Below are positions 25,056 to 34,601 of a stretch of DNA of 36,693 bases, piece by piece. The stretch is taken from positions 1 through 36,693 of the forward strand of contig CAZJRF010000004.1 of the NCBI GenBank assembly GCA_964548475.1, given 5' to 3'. Origin of the DNA: an uncultured Acidimicrobiia bacterium. Its GTDB lineage: Bacteria > Actinomycetota > Acidimicrobiia > Spongiisociales > UBA11373. Within the stretch, counting starts at the first letter, position 1; every line of letters begins with the position of its first letter. Position numbers and translations under genes: made by a program. A model generated the notes under the pieces. The model was not told the origin of the DNA. It did no database searches and was given only the letters and a program-made list of their open reading frames with translations.

Positions 25056-25459
25056 CCGCTCCGGCGCGCCCGCTTCCCTTCCCCTCCCCGGGGCTGCAGG
25101 TCCTGGTCGGTGGCTCGGCACGGCCGGCGCCCCGGCTGGGCGCCTGGCTGCTGCTCACCCTGGTGGTGCTGGCGGCCTTCTTCCTGCTCATCTACTCGCG
25201 GATCATCCTGGACCGGTCTTCGTTCGTCCTTCAGGAGGTCGGCCGGCAGATGGCGGTGGAGGAGAGCCGCTACTGGGAGCTGAGGCTGGAGAGTGCCCGG
25301 CTGCAGGCGCCGGAGCGCATAGTGGCAAGGGCGCAGGAATTGGGAATGGTCTACCCCGGCCGCGTCGAGACTCTGGAAGTGGCCGGCATAGGGTCGTCGG
25401 CGGGCGGGGCCGAGGAGCGCTGGGTCGGCCTCAAGGCCCTGCTCGGCGCTCAGCCGTGA
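25052..25459 (+). CDS. ftsL: FtsL-like bitopic cell-division protein
   Basis: 135 aa. It has a GTGA overlap with rsmH, a single TM helix (LGAWLLLTLVVLAAFFLLIY) and then a helical segment. The call rests mainly on position between rsmH and ftsI and on topology. Confidence 0.65.
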   Translation: MTAPARPLPFPSPGLQVLVGGSARPAPRLGAWLLLTLVVLAAFFLLIYSRIILDRSSFVLQEVGRQMAVEESRYWELRLESARLQAPERIVARAQELGMVYPGRVETLEVAGIGSSAGGAEERWVGLKALLGAQP

Positions 25460-25486
25460 TTCCGCCCGGTCAGGAGGGAGCGTGAG

Positions 25487-27196
25487 GTGGCCCGTCCTTC
25501 CCCCGTCGAAACCAGACCGGCGAGGAGGCTCAACGCGCGGCTGGTGATGGTCGGGTTGGCCCTGACCGTCGCCTGGGCCGGGGTCGGCTATCGGCTGGTG
25601 GTGGTGCAGGGGACCCGGGCCGAGGAGTATTCCGCCCAGGGGCTCGACCAGCGGCTGCATCACGAGACCCTGGCCGCGGACCGCGGCACAATCTTCGACG
25701 CCGAGGGCCGCGAGCTGGCGGTCACCGTGGACTCGGTCACCGTATACGCCAACCCGCGCGAGATCTCTCAACCCGACGTGGTCGCGCGCCTGCTGGCGCC
25801 TCTGGTGGGACGGTCGCCGGAGACGGTGGCCGAGCTGCTAGCCACCGACGGCAGCTTTGTCTACGTGGCCCGCCAACTCGAGCGGGCGGATGCCGACCGG
25901 GTGCGGGAGGCCGATCTGCCCGGCATCTACTTCCTCGAAGAGCCGAAGCGCGTGTACCCGGCCGGTTCCCTCACCGGCCAACTCATCGGCTTTGTGCGGC
26001 CCGACGACAACGTAGGCCTGGAGGGCCTGGAGCATTTCTACGACGAGGAGCTGGCGGGCACCCCGGGGGAGCTGCTGGTGGAGCGTGATCCCTCCGGCAA
26101 GACCATCCCCCAGGGCGAGTACTCGGTGACCCCGGCGGAGCCGGGGAGCGACCTGGTTCTCACGGTGCGCACCTCCATCCAGTTCGCCGCCGAACAGGCT
26201 CTGCGGGCCGGGATCGAGCGCACCGGGGCGAGCGCGGGCTCGGTGGTGGTGCTGGAGGTAACGACCGGGGCGGTCCTGGCCATGGTCAACCTCCCCAGCT
26301 TCGATCCGAACGACCGCCACAACCTGACCCCCGACCAGGTGCGCAACCGGGCGGTGACGGATGTCTTCGAGCCGGGCTCGACGCAGAAGTTGATCACCGT
26401 GGCGGCCGCGCTGGAGGCGGGGCTGGTGATCCCCGGCACCACCCTGGAGATTCCCGAACGCATCGAGATATTCGACACCGTCTTCGAGGACTTCACCGTG
26501 CACCCCGACCGGCTCACCGTCACCGGGATCGTGGCTCATTCCTCGAACCTGGGAACCATCCTGTTGGGGGAGATGCTGGGGGCGCAGCGCCTCCACGAGT
26601 ACATGGTGGGCTTCGGCCAGGGCCGCGCCAGCGGCATCGATCTCCCCGGGGAAGCGCCGGGAGTGCTGCGGCCCTCGGAGGAGTGGTGCGTGACCACCTG
26701 CGTGGCCGGCACCTCCATCGGCTATCACGTGTCGGTGACCGCTCTGCAGATGGCCATGGCCTATGCCACGATTGGCAACGACGGTGTGTGGGTGCAACCG
26801 CATCTGGTTGCCGAAGTGGTGGACGGGCAGGGGGTGCGCACGGCTGTGGAGCCGGCCAGCCGGCGGGTGGTGTCGACGCGGACGGCACGACAGATGAGAG
26901 TGATGCTGGAGGCGGTGGTGGAGCAGGGGACCGGCTCGCTGGCCTCGGTGGAGGGGTACCGGGTGGGTGGTAAGACGGGTACCACCAAGAAGTACCTGAG
27001 CGACCTGGGTGAGTACAGCGACGAGGACGTGGTCGCCTCCTTCATAGGCCTGGCTCCCATCGAGAATCCCCGGGTGGTGGTCGTGCTCGACGCGCCCCAG
27101 GAGGACGCCTCGGGCGGCTCGGGGGCGGCGCCTGTGTTCTCGGCGGTGGCGCTGGCCGTGCTGCACCAGTTGGGAGTGGCTCCCGATGCCCCCTGA
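25487..27196 (+). CDS. ftsI: class B penicillin-binding protein / peptidoglycan D,D-transpeptidase FtsI
   Basis: 569 aa with an N-terminal TM anchor. The active-site triad is SxxK (GSTQK), SxN (HSSNLG) and KTG (GGKTGTT). Confidence 0.9.
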   Translation: MARPSPVETRPARRLNARLVMVGLALTVAWAGVGYRLVVVQGTRAEEYSAQGLDQRLHHETLAADRGTIFDAEGRELAVTVDSVTVYANPREISQPDVVARLLAPLVGRSPETVAELLATDGSFVYVARQLERADADRVREADLPGIYFLEEPKRVYPAGSLTGQLIGFVRPDDNVGLEGLEHFYDEELAGTPGELLVERDPSGKTIPQGEYSVTPAEPGSDLVLTVRTSIQFAAEQALRAGIERTGASAGSVVVLEVTTGAVLAMVNLPSFDPNDRHNLTPDQVRNRAVTDVFEPGSTQKLITVAAALEAGLVIPGTTLEIPERIEIFDTVFEDFTVHPDRLTVTGIVAHSSNLGTILLGEMLGAQRLHEYMVGFGQGRASGIDLPGEAPGVLRPSEEWCVTTCVAGTSIGYHVSVTALQMAMAYATIGNDGVWVQPHLVAEVVDGQGVRTAVEPASRRVVSTRTARQMRVMLEAVVEQGTGSLASVEGYRVGGKTGTTKKYLSDLGEYSDEDVVASFIGLAPIENPRVVVVLDAPQEDASGGSGAAPVFSAVALAVLHQLGVAPDAP

Positions 27197-28676
27197 ACCG
27201 GTGCCCCTGAGTGAGCTGGCGCCGGTGGTCGGCGGCCGGGTCCTAGGCGACCCAACCACTCTGGTATCCGACGTCACCCACGACTCGCGGGCGGCGGGCC
27301 CCGGGATGCTGTTCGTGGCGGTGAGAGGCTTCACGGTGGACGGACACCGGTTTGTCCCGGCGGCCCGAGCTGCCGGGACGGCGGCAGTGTGCGTGGAGGA
27401 AGATCCGGGGGACGGCGGCCCGGCGCTGCTGGTGGGCGACACCCGGGCGGCGCTCGGATTGCTGGCAGCGCGGGTGCACGGAGACCCTTCTCGCCGTGTG
27501 CGGCTGGTCGGGATCACGGGCACCAACGGCAAGACCACGGTTGCCCACCTGGTCGAGTCGATTGCAGCGGCCGCCGGCTTGACGCCCGCGCTGGTAGGGA
27601 CGGTGGGGGCGCGTATCGCCGGCAGGCCCGAAGTGGTGCGGCGCACCACTCCGGAGGCCTCGGATTTCCAGCGCCTCCTGGCTCGCATGGTGGACGCCGG
27701 CACAGAGGTCGCGGCGGTGGAGGTGTCGTCGCACGCCCTCGCGCTGGGCCGGGTGGCGGGCAGCCGTTTCGCGGTGGCGGCCTTCACCAACCTCAGCCAG
27801 GACCACCTGGACTTCCACCCGGACATGGAGTCCTACTACCGCGCGAAGGCTTCGCTGTTCACCCCGCAGCTGGCGGAGAGGGCGGTGATCTGGGTGGACG
27901 ACCCGGCCGGCGAGCGGCTGGCGGCGGAGACCAAGCTTCCGGTCACCGCGGTGGGCCGCCGGGAGACGGCAACGGTCACTGCCGCTGAGGTGAGCGTGGG
28001 CCTGGATGGTTCACGGTTCCTGCTGCTGGGGACCGGGGCCCCGGTCCCCGTGTCCCTTCCTCTGGCCGGTGAGTTCAACGTGGCCAACGCGCTTTTGGCG
28101 GCCGGGGTGGGCGCAGCGCTGGGGATCCCTTCGGATAGCATCGCCGCCGGCATCGGGGGGGTGGCCGCGGTGCCGGGCCGATTCGAGATCGTCGAGACCG
28201 GGAAGGACTGCACGGTGGTGGTCGACTATGCCCACACTCCCAACGGGGTGGCCACGGTCGTCGGGACGGCCCGCCGGCTGGCCGGTGGAGGGCGGGTGAT
28301 TGCCGTGCTCGGGGCCGGAGGGGATCGGGACCACGCCAAACGGCCCCTGATGGGGGCGGCGGCAGCCGCCGCCGACCTGGCCGTCATCACCTCGGACAAT
28401 CCCCGCTCGGAAGAGCCGGGTTCCATCATCGCCCAGGTGGCGGCGGGAGCCGCCGGGGGACCGGCCGAGGTGGAGATTGAGCCCGACCGGCGGCGGGCAA
28501 TCCGCCGGGCGCTGGCGGCTGCCGGCCCCGGCGACGTGGTCCTCATTCTGGGCAAGGGCCACGAGCAGGGGCAGGAGTTTGCCGACCGGGTTCTCCCGTT
28601 CGACGACCGGGCGGTGGCTCGCGAGGAGGCGGAGATGAGCAGCCGTCCCGACCGCAGACGAGGAGGTGTCCGGTGA
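27186..28676 (+). CDS. murE: UDP-N-acetylmuramoyl-L-alanyl-D-glutamate--2,6-diaminopimelate ligase
   Basis: 496 aa. The P-loop is GITGTNGKTT. The DNPR motif (ITSDNPRSE) indicates meso-DAP addition. It overlaps ftsI by 11 nt. Confidence 0.9.
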   Translation: MPPEPVPLSELAPVVGGRVLGDPTTLVSDVTHDSRAAGPGMLFVAVRGFTVDGHRFVPAARAAGTAAVCVEEDPGDGGPALLVGDTRAALGLLAARVHGDPSRRVRLVGITGTNGKTTVAHLVESIAAAAGLTPALVGTVGARIAGRPEVVRRTTPEASDFQRLLARMVDAGTEVAAVEVSSHALALGRVAGSRFAVAAFTNLSQDHLDFHPDMESYYRAKASLFTPQLAERAVIWVDDPAGERLAAETKLPVTAVGRRETATVTAAEVSVGLDGSRFLLLGTGAPVPVSLPLAGEFNVANALLAAGVGAALGIPSDSIAAGIGGVAAVPGRFEIVETGKDCTVVVDYAHTPNGVATVVGTARRLAGGGRVIAVLGAGGDRDHAKRPLMGAAAAAADLAVITSDNPRSEEPGSIIAQVAAGAAGGPAEVEIEPDRRRAIRRALAAAGPGDVVLILGKGHEQGQEFADRVLPFDDRAVAREEAEMSSRPDRRRGGVR

Positions 28677-29722
28677 TCGCCCTGTTGGTGGCCGCCATCG
28701 TGTCTTTCGGCCTCACGGTGCTCCTCACTCCGGTGGCGGTGCGGTTCCTTCATGCCCGCAGCATTGGGCAGCACATCCAGGATGAGGTAGAGGCTCACCA
28801 GCACAAGGCGGGAGTACCCACCATGGGAGGCCTGGTCATCGTGCTGGCGGTGGTGGCCGGCTGGCTGGCCGGGCACTTCGACGCTCGCGACCCGCAGGGC
28901 GCCTGGCAGTTCGGGTTCCGCGATTTCTTCCGCCCCGGGTTTCTGGTGCTTCTTGCCTTTGTGGGCATGGGGATCATCGGGTTCATCGACGACTTCCTCA
29001 AAGTGCGTCGCTCTCGCAATCTGGGTCTGAGCAAGACCTGGAAGCTTGCGGGCCAGGTGGCAATCGCCGGGCTCTTCGCCTGGGGGGCGCTCAGCTGGGA
29101 GGTCACCACCCGGCTTTCCTTCACCCGGCCGTTCGGCGTGGACCTGGGCTGGTTCTACGTGCTCTGGGTGCTGCTGATCCTTATCGCCACGTCAAACGCG
29201 GTGAACTTCAGCGACGGGCTCGACGGCCTGGCTTCGGGCAGCTCGGCGCTGGTGTTCAGCGCGTTCGCGATCATGTCCTTCTGGCAGTGGCGCCACCCGG
29301 AGTTCTACGGCATCTCCGGCGCGCTGGAGCTGGCAATCCTGGCCGTCGCCCTGGTTGCCGCCACCCTGGGCTTCCTGTGGTGGAACACGGCCCCGGCTCG
29401 CATCTTCATGGGGGACACGGGCTCGCAGGCGTTGGGGGGGGCGATCGCCGCTCTCGCGCTGCTCACCAACACCCACCTCTTGCTGCTGATCCTGGGCGGG
29501 ATCTTCGTGCTGGAGGGGGCTTCGGTGGTAGCCCAGATCGTGTCCTTCCACTTCTTCGGCAAGCGGATCTTCAAGATGGCGCCGTTGCATCATCACTTCG
29601 AGTTGCTCGGCTGGCCGGAGCCCACGGTCATTGTGCGCTTCTGGATCCTGGCCGCGCTGGGGGTGGCCCTGGCCCTGGGCATCTTCTACAGCGACTTCAT
29701 CACGTCGGGAGGGGTGGGATGA
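28673..29722 (+). CDS. mraY: phospho-N-acetylmuramoyl-pentapeptide transferase
   Basis: 349 aa and polytopic. Motifs are GFIDDFLKV, NAVNFSDGLDGLA and GDTGSQALGG. It has a GTGA overlap with murE. Confidence 0.92.
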   Translation: MIALLVAAIVSFGLTVLLTPVAVRFLHARSIGQHIQDEVEAHQHKAGVPTMGGLVIVLAVVAGWLAGHFDARDPQGAWQFGFRDFFRPGFLVLLAFVGMGIIGFIDDFLKVRRSRNLGLSKTWKLAGQVAIAGLFAWGALSWEVTTRLSFTRPFGVDLGWFYVLWVLLILIATSNAVNFSDGLDGLASGSSALVFSAFAIMSFWQWRHPEFYGISGALELAILAVALVAATLGFLWWNTAPARIFMGDTGSQALGGAIAALALLTNTHLLLLILGGIFVLEGASVVAQIVSFHFFGKRIFKMAPLHHHFELLGWPEPTVIVRFWILAALGVALALGIFYSDFITSGGVG

Positions 29723-31002
29723 AGACGCTGGTGATCGGTGCAGCGGTGAGCGGCCGGGCGGCGCTGGGCCTCCTGGAGAAGGACGGACACGAGGTCGTGG
29801 TCTACGACGCCGACCCGCAGGCTGTGGCCGGCCTGGCTTCCGGGCGCCGGGTGCATGGGGGCGAATGGGACCGCTCCCTGCTCTCGGGTATCGACCTGGT
29901 GGTGGCCAGCCCGGGGGTGCCGCCGCATGCCCCGCCCCTGGCCGACAGCCTGGCGGCGAGAATCCCGGTATGGGGTGAGCTCGAGCTCGCCTCCCGTCAC
30001 CTGTCGGTGCCGCTGCTGGCGGTGACCGCCACCAACGGGAAGACCACGATCACCCGGATGGCCGACGCCATGCTGGCGGCCTCCGGCCGGCGCACCGCGG
30101 CGGTGGGGAACATCGGCGTGCCGCTCACCGATGCGGTGGGCGGCGAGTGGGACGTGCTGGTGGTGGAGGCCTCCAGCTTCCAACTGCGTTTCACTGAGTC
30201 CTTCCATCCGGCGGTGGCGGTGCTTCTGAACGTGGCCCCCGACCACCTGGACTGGCACGGCACCTTCCCGGCGTACCTGGCGGCCAAAGCCCGCATCCAT
30301 CGAAACCAGGGGCCGGACGACCTCCTGATCTTCGACGGCGACGACCCCGGTGCCCGGGAGGCCGTCGCCTCGGCCCGGGCGCGGCGCTGGCCGGTGAGCG
30401 GCCGCCTCCGGCCGCCGGAGGGCTCCGGCCCGGCCGACGGGCAGCTGTGGCTGGGGGAAGCAGCGGTGAGCCTGGAGGGAGTGCCCTGGGTGGACCCGGT
30501 CTTCCTGGTGGACGCGGCGGCGGCGGGCACCGCCGCGCAGGCGCTGGGCGCCACCGTAGCGGGCATCGAGGAAGCGCTGCGCGAGTTCCGCCCGCCCGAT
30601 CACCGGCGCCGGGTGGTGGGCACCTGGGGCGGGGTGACCTGGGTGGATGACTCCAAGGCCACCAACCCGCATGCCGTGATCGCCGCCGTTCGCTCCTACC
30701 CCTCGGTCGTCCTCATCGGCGGGGGCCGCAACAAGGGACTGGATGTGGGCGCGATCGGCGCCGAGCCCAACGTGCGCCATGTGATCGGGATCGGCGAAGC
30801 CGGCCCGGAAATCGCCGGGGCTGCTCGCTCCGGCGTGCTGGCCGCGAGCCTGGAGGAGGCGGTGGCCTTCGCCGACGAGCTTGCCCTTCCGGGTGACACC
30901 GTGCTGCTGGGGCCGGGCTGTGCCTCCTTCGACATGTTCCGCTCCTACGCCCACCGGGGCGAGGTATTCAGCGCCGCGGTCCGGCGCCGGAAGGAGGCGT
31001 GA
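29719..31002 (+). CDS. murD: UDP-N-acetylmuramoylalanine--D-glutamate ligase
   Basis: This is the internal ATG of track ORF 29287..31002, with an ATGA overlap with mraY. It has the N-terminal Rossmann-like MKTLVIGAAVSGRA and the P-loop VTATNGKTT. The block WVDDSKATNPHA is also present. Confidence 0.9.
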   Translation: MKTLVIGAAVSGRAALGLLEKDGHEVVVYDADPQAVAGLASGRRVHGGEWDRSLLSGIDLVVASPGVPPHAPPLADSLAARIPVWGELELASRHLSVPLLAVTATNGKTTITRMADAMLAASGRRTAAVGNIGVPLTDAVGGEWDVLVVEASSFQLRFTESFHPAVAVLLNVAPDHLDWHGTFPAYLAAKARIHRNQGPDDLLIFDGDDPGAREAVASARARRWPVSGRLRPPEGSGPADGQLWLGEAAVSLEGVPWVDPVFLVDAAAAGTAAQALGATVAGIEEALREFRPPDHRRRVVGTWGGVTWVDDSKATNPHAVIAAVRSYPSVVLIGGGRNKGLDVGAIGAEPNVRHVIGIGEAGPEIAGAARSGVLAASLEEAVAFADELALPGDTVLLGPGCASFDMFRSYAHRGEVFSAAVRRRKEA

Positions 31003-32168
31003 TGGCCAGCCGGGTCATTCCTCTCTCTGGCAACCGGGCGGCTCTGCGCCTGGCCGAGGAAGCGGCGCGCAGGTCCTCCCGGCTGACGGTGGGGCTACTG
31101 GTGCCGGTAGGGCTGCTGGCGGTGGTGGGGCTGGGAATGATCCTCTCCGCTTCGTCGGTGTATGCCCTGGAGTCGCACCAGGACTCCCTCTTCTACTTCA
31201 AGCGGCAGCTGATGTGGCTGGCGGCGGGGGTCGTGGGCCTGGCGGCGGCAGCCTCTCTGCCCGTGCGCTGGTGGCGGCGGCTGGCTTTCCCCTCCTTCCT
31301 AGCCACGTTGATGCTGCTGGTGGCCGTGCAGTTGATGGGAACCCGGGTGGGGGGCGCGGAGCGCTGGCTGGCCCTGGGACCGATCAGCCTGCAGCCTTCG
31401 GAGTTCGCCAAGCTCTCCACCGTGCTGTTCCTGGCGACGCTGGTCAGCCGCCGGGAGGACTCGATGCACCGCTTCCGCGATTTCTTCTGGCCGGTGGCCG
31501 GGTCGGTGGGAGTGGTAGGCGCCCTGGTGATGGTGCAGCCCGACCTGGGCACCACCCTGCTCATCGCTGCCGGCGGGTTCGCCGTGCTGGTGGCTTCGGC
31601 GGCGCCGCTGGGGTACGTGCTGAGCGGAGGGCTCATCGGGGTCGGCCTGGCGACGGCGGCAGCTCTTCTATCCCCCTACCGGTGGCAGCGGGTGATGTCG
31701 TTCCTCGACGTGAACGCCGACCCGTTGGGCAGCGGCTACCAGGCGATGCAGTCGCTGGTGGCCCTGGGCACCGGAGGCCTGTTCGGCATCGGCCTGGGAG
31801 CGAGCCGGGCCCGCTGGTCGTTCCTGCCCAATGCGCACACCGACTTCATCTTCTCCATCGTGGGGGAAGAGACCGGCCTGGCCGGGACGCTGGCCGTGGT
31901 CCTGCTCTTCGCGGCGCTAACGGTGGCCGGGACGCTGACCGCTCTCCACTGCCGGGACCGCTTCGGCCGCCTCGTAGCCATTGGCATCACCACCTGGCTG
32001 GTCGCCCAGGCCCTGGTCAACGTGGGCGGCGTCACCGGCATTCTGCCCATCACCGGAGTGCCCCTGCCCTTCGTATCCTTCGGGGGCAGCGCCCTGCTCA
32101 CGGAGATGATCGCGGTCGGGATCCTGGTAGGGATAGTGCGGCAGGAGTCGTCGGCGGAGGCAAGGTGA
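31002..32168 (+). CDS. ftsW: SEDS-family peptidoglycan glycosyltransferase FtsW
   Basis: About 388 aa and polytopic. Motifs are LQPSEFAKL, PNAHTDFIFS and LPFVSFGGSA. ATG 31002 has AGGAG 5 nt upstream. The track start GTG 30999 is one codon longer and is an equally possible alternative. Confidence 0.88.
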   Translation: MASRVIPLSGNRAALRLAEEAARRSSRLTVGLLVPVGLLAVVGLGMILSASSVYALESHQDSLFYFKRQLMWLAAGVVGLAAAASLPVRWWRRLAFPSFLATLMLLVAVQLMGTRVGGAERWLALGPISLQPSEFAKLSTVLFLATLVSRREDSMHRFRDFFWPVAGSVGVVGALVMVQPDLGTTLLIAAGGFAVLVASAAPLGYVLSGGLIGVGLATAAALLSPYRWQRVMSFLDVNADPLGSGYQAMQSLVALGTGGLFGIGLGASRARWSFLPNAHTDFIFSIVGEETGLAGTLAVVLLFAALTVAGTLTALHCRDRFGRLVAIGITTWLVAQALVNVGGVTGILPITGVPLPFVSFGGSALLTEMIAVGILVGIVRQESSAEAR

Positions 32169-33241
32169 CCGTCGCCATCGCCGCCGCCGGCACCGGCGGC
32201 CACGTCATGCCGGCACTGGCCGTCGCCCGTGAACTGGTGGCCGGGGGGATGGACCCCGGAGAGGTGGTCTTCCTGGGAGGGGATCGCTTTGAAGCCCGGG
32301 CCGTCCCCGCCGCCGGCTTCCCCTTCCTGGCCTTCCCCATGGCGGCCCTGCGGCGGAGCCTGTCTCCGCGCAACCTGGCGATTCCCCGAATCGTGTGGCA
32401 CACCAGCCGGGCCATGGCCGCCGCCCTGGCGGAGCACGGCACCCGGGTGGTGCTGGGCATGGGGGGCTACGCCACGGTCCCCGCCGCTCTGGCCGCCCGG
32501 CGCCAGGGCCTGCCGCTCTTCGTACAGGAACAGAACGCCATCCCGGGCCTGGCGGTGCGCCTGGCCGCCCGGCGGGCGGAAGGTGCCTTTGTGGGCCTGC
32601 CCGGTCCGGCCCAGCACCTGCCCCGGGCGGTGCTCACCGGGAACCCGCTCCGGGCGGAGTTGGCCCGCTTCGACCGGGGCGCGCTGGCCGCGGCCGCCCG
32701 CCGCCGCTACAAGCTGCCGGAGGAGGCCCTGGTACTCGGGGTTCTCGGCGGGAGCCTGGGGGCGCGGGTGCTGAACCAGGCGGTACCCGCGGTGGTGGAA
32801 GGCTGGCGGGGAGGACCGCTGGCGGTGGTGCACATCGCCGGGGCGGAAGCAGACAGCGTGGCTCCTCTGGCCGCGGCAGCCCCGCTACCGTGGCGTTGCC
32901 TGCCGTTCGAGGAGCACATGGAGTTCTTCTACGCGGCGGCCGACCTGGTCGTGTGCCGGGCCGGAGCGATGACCATCTCCGAGCTGGCCGCCACCGGGAC
33001 GCCCGCCGTCCTGGTGCCGCTGGAGCGGGTGGGCCAGCACCACAACGCGGCGTCTCTGGTCTCCGCCGGCGGGGCTCGCCTGTTGCCACAAGACCAGGTG
33101 GCCCGTCTGCCTGAGACGGTCGCCGGCCTTCTCGGTGACCCTTCTGCCCGCGCCGAGATGAGCCGATGCGCCCGCCGGGCCGCCCGCCCCGAGGCGGCCG
33201 CCCTCATCGCCGCCCGGTTGCGGGAGGCGGCACATGGTTGA
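32165..33241 (+). CDS. murG: undecaprenyldiphospho-muramoylpentapeptide beta-N-acetylglucosaminyltransferase
   Basis: This is the 3' part of track ORF 30881..33241. GTG 32165 has a GTGA overlap with ftsW. Motifs are AAGTGGHVMPALAVA, FVQEQNAIPG and VCRAGAMTISELAATGTPAVLVP. Confidence 0.9.
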   Translation: MTVAIAAAGTGGHVMPALAVARELVAGGMDPGEVVFLGGDRFEARAVPAAGFPFLAFPMAALRRSLSPRNLAIPRIVWHTSRAMAAALAEHGTRVVLGMGGYATVPAALAARRQGLPLFVQEQNAIPGLAVRLAARRAEGAFVGLPGPAQHLPRAVLTGNPLRAELARFDRGALAAAARRRYKLPEEALVLGVLGGSLGARVLNQAVPAVVEGWRGGPLAVVHIAGAEADSVAPLAAAAPLPWRCLPFEEHMEFFYAAADLVVCRAGAMTISELAATGTPAVLVPLERVGQHHNAASLVSAGGARLLPQDQVARLPETVAGLLGDPSARAEMSRCARRAARPEAAALIAARLREAAHG

Positions 33242-34601
33242 GCTGGAAGGCTGCCGCCGGGTCCATATGGTTGGGGCAGGGGGGATAGGGATGAGCGGCC
33301 TGGCCAAGTTGCTGGCCCAGGCGGGCTACGCGGTGAGTGGTTCGGACCTGAAGCCGAGCCGGGTGCTGACCTCCCTGGAAGGTCTCGGGGTGGCGGTGTG
33401 GGTGGGGCATCGTCCGGAGAAGGCGGCCGACTGGGACCTGGTGGTGGCCTCCTCGGCGGTGCCGGAGAGTGACCCGGAGCTGGTCGCGGCCCGGGCGGCG
33501 GGGGTGGAGGTGTGGCGCCGCCCCCGGCTGCTGGAGAGGCTGACCCGGCACACCCCGGCGCTGGGAGTAGCCGGTACCCACGGAAAGACGACCGGTAGCG
33601 CCATGCTGGTGTCCGCCCTACGGGCATTGGGGAGAGATCCCTCCTTCATGGTCGGGGGCCAATTGGCCGACCTCAACACCAACGCCCACCTGGGCGAGCG
33701 GGGCCTGTTCGTGCTGGAAACCGACGAGGCCTTCGGCACCTTCGGCGAGATCCACCTGGGAGCTCTGGCCATCACCAACATCGAGGCGGACCACCTTGAC
33801 CACTACGGGACCGCAACGGCGGTGGAGGAGGCCTTCGCCGAGGTAGCAAGCCGCGTGGCCGGTCCGGTGGTTGCCTGCCTCGACGACCCCGGAGCCGCCC
33901 GCCTGACGAACCGGGTGCCCGGCGTGGTGAGCTACGGCCTGAGCGCCGGGGCTGTCTGGCAGATGCGAGACGTGGCCGAAGGGCCTGCCTCGGTGGCGTT
34001 CCGGCTGGCCTACGCCGGGCGGGAGATAGGAGTGAGAGTGCCCCGGCCGGGGGTGCACGTTGCCCGCAACGCCGCCGGCGTCCTCGCCCTGCTGGGCGAG
34101 CTGGGCCTGGATGTGGCCGGGGCGGCCGCCGGCCTGGCCACCTTCGGGGGGGTAAGCCGCCGTTTCGAGGTGCGGGCCCGAGCAGGCGGGGTGACCGTGG
34201 TAGACGATTACGCCCACCATCCCACCGAGGTCGCCGCCACCATCGCTGCTGCCCGGGCGGGGGCGCCGCCTCGTCTGGTGGCGGTATTCCAGCCGCATCG
34301 CTTCTCTCGCACCGCCGAGCAGGCGGGAGCTCTGGGGGAGGCGCTGGCCGCGGCCGACCGGGTGGTGGTGGCCGACGTGTATGCCGCCGGCGAGGCTCCG
34401 GTGCCCGGAGTGAGCGGGAAGCTGGTGGCGGAGGCGGCCCGGGCGGCGGGGGCGGCGGTGGTCTACGTCCCGCGGCGCGCCGACCTGGCCCGGGTGGTGG
34501 CGGGGGAGGCTCGTCCCGGGGACGTGGTACTGCTGATGGGGGCGGGCGACATCACGCTCGTGGCGGGTGAGCTGCCGGGCCTGCTGGGAGGGGACGCGTG
34601 A
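33234..34601 (+). CDS. murC: UDP-N-acetylmuramate--L-alanine ligase
   Basis: 455 aa. Motifs are HMVGAGGIGMSGLA, the P-loop VAGTHGKTT, and DDYAHHPTE. It overlaps murG by 8 nt. Confidence 0.92.
   Translation: MVELEGCRRVHMVGAGGIGMSGLAKLLAQAGYAVSGSDLKPSRVLTSLEGLGVAVWVGHRPEKAADWDLVVASSAVPESDPELVAARAAGVEVWRRPRLLERLTRHTPALGVAGTHGKTTGSAMLVSALRALGRDPSFMVGGQLADLNTNAHLGERGLFVLETDEAFGTFGEIHLGALAITNIEADHLDHYGTATAVEEAFAEVASRVAGPVVACLDDPGAARLTNRVPGVVSYGLSAGAVWQMRDVAEGPASVAFRLAYAGREIGVRVPRPGVHVARNAAGVLALLGELGLDVAGAAAGLATFGGVSRRFEVRARAGGVTVVDDYAHHPTEVAATIAAARAGAPPRLVAVFQPHRFSRTAEQAGALGEALAAADRVVVADVYAAGEAPVPGVSGKLVAEAARAAGAAVVYVPRRADLARVVAGEARPGDVVLLMGAGDITLVAGELPGLLGGDA

Noticed and set aside
25838-27826. 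A 662-aa ORF antisense to ftsI/murE, with similar antisense ORFs over murD (29686..30954), the ROK gene (7012..8088), murG (31736..32833) and murC (33618..34760)
   Set aside because: All are opposite-strand artefacts of high GC content, which makes stop codons rare. Their composition is low-complexity, and the sense-strand genes carry full catalytic signatures.
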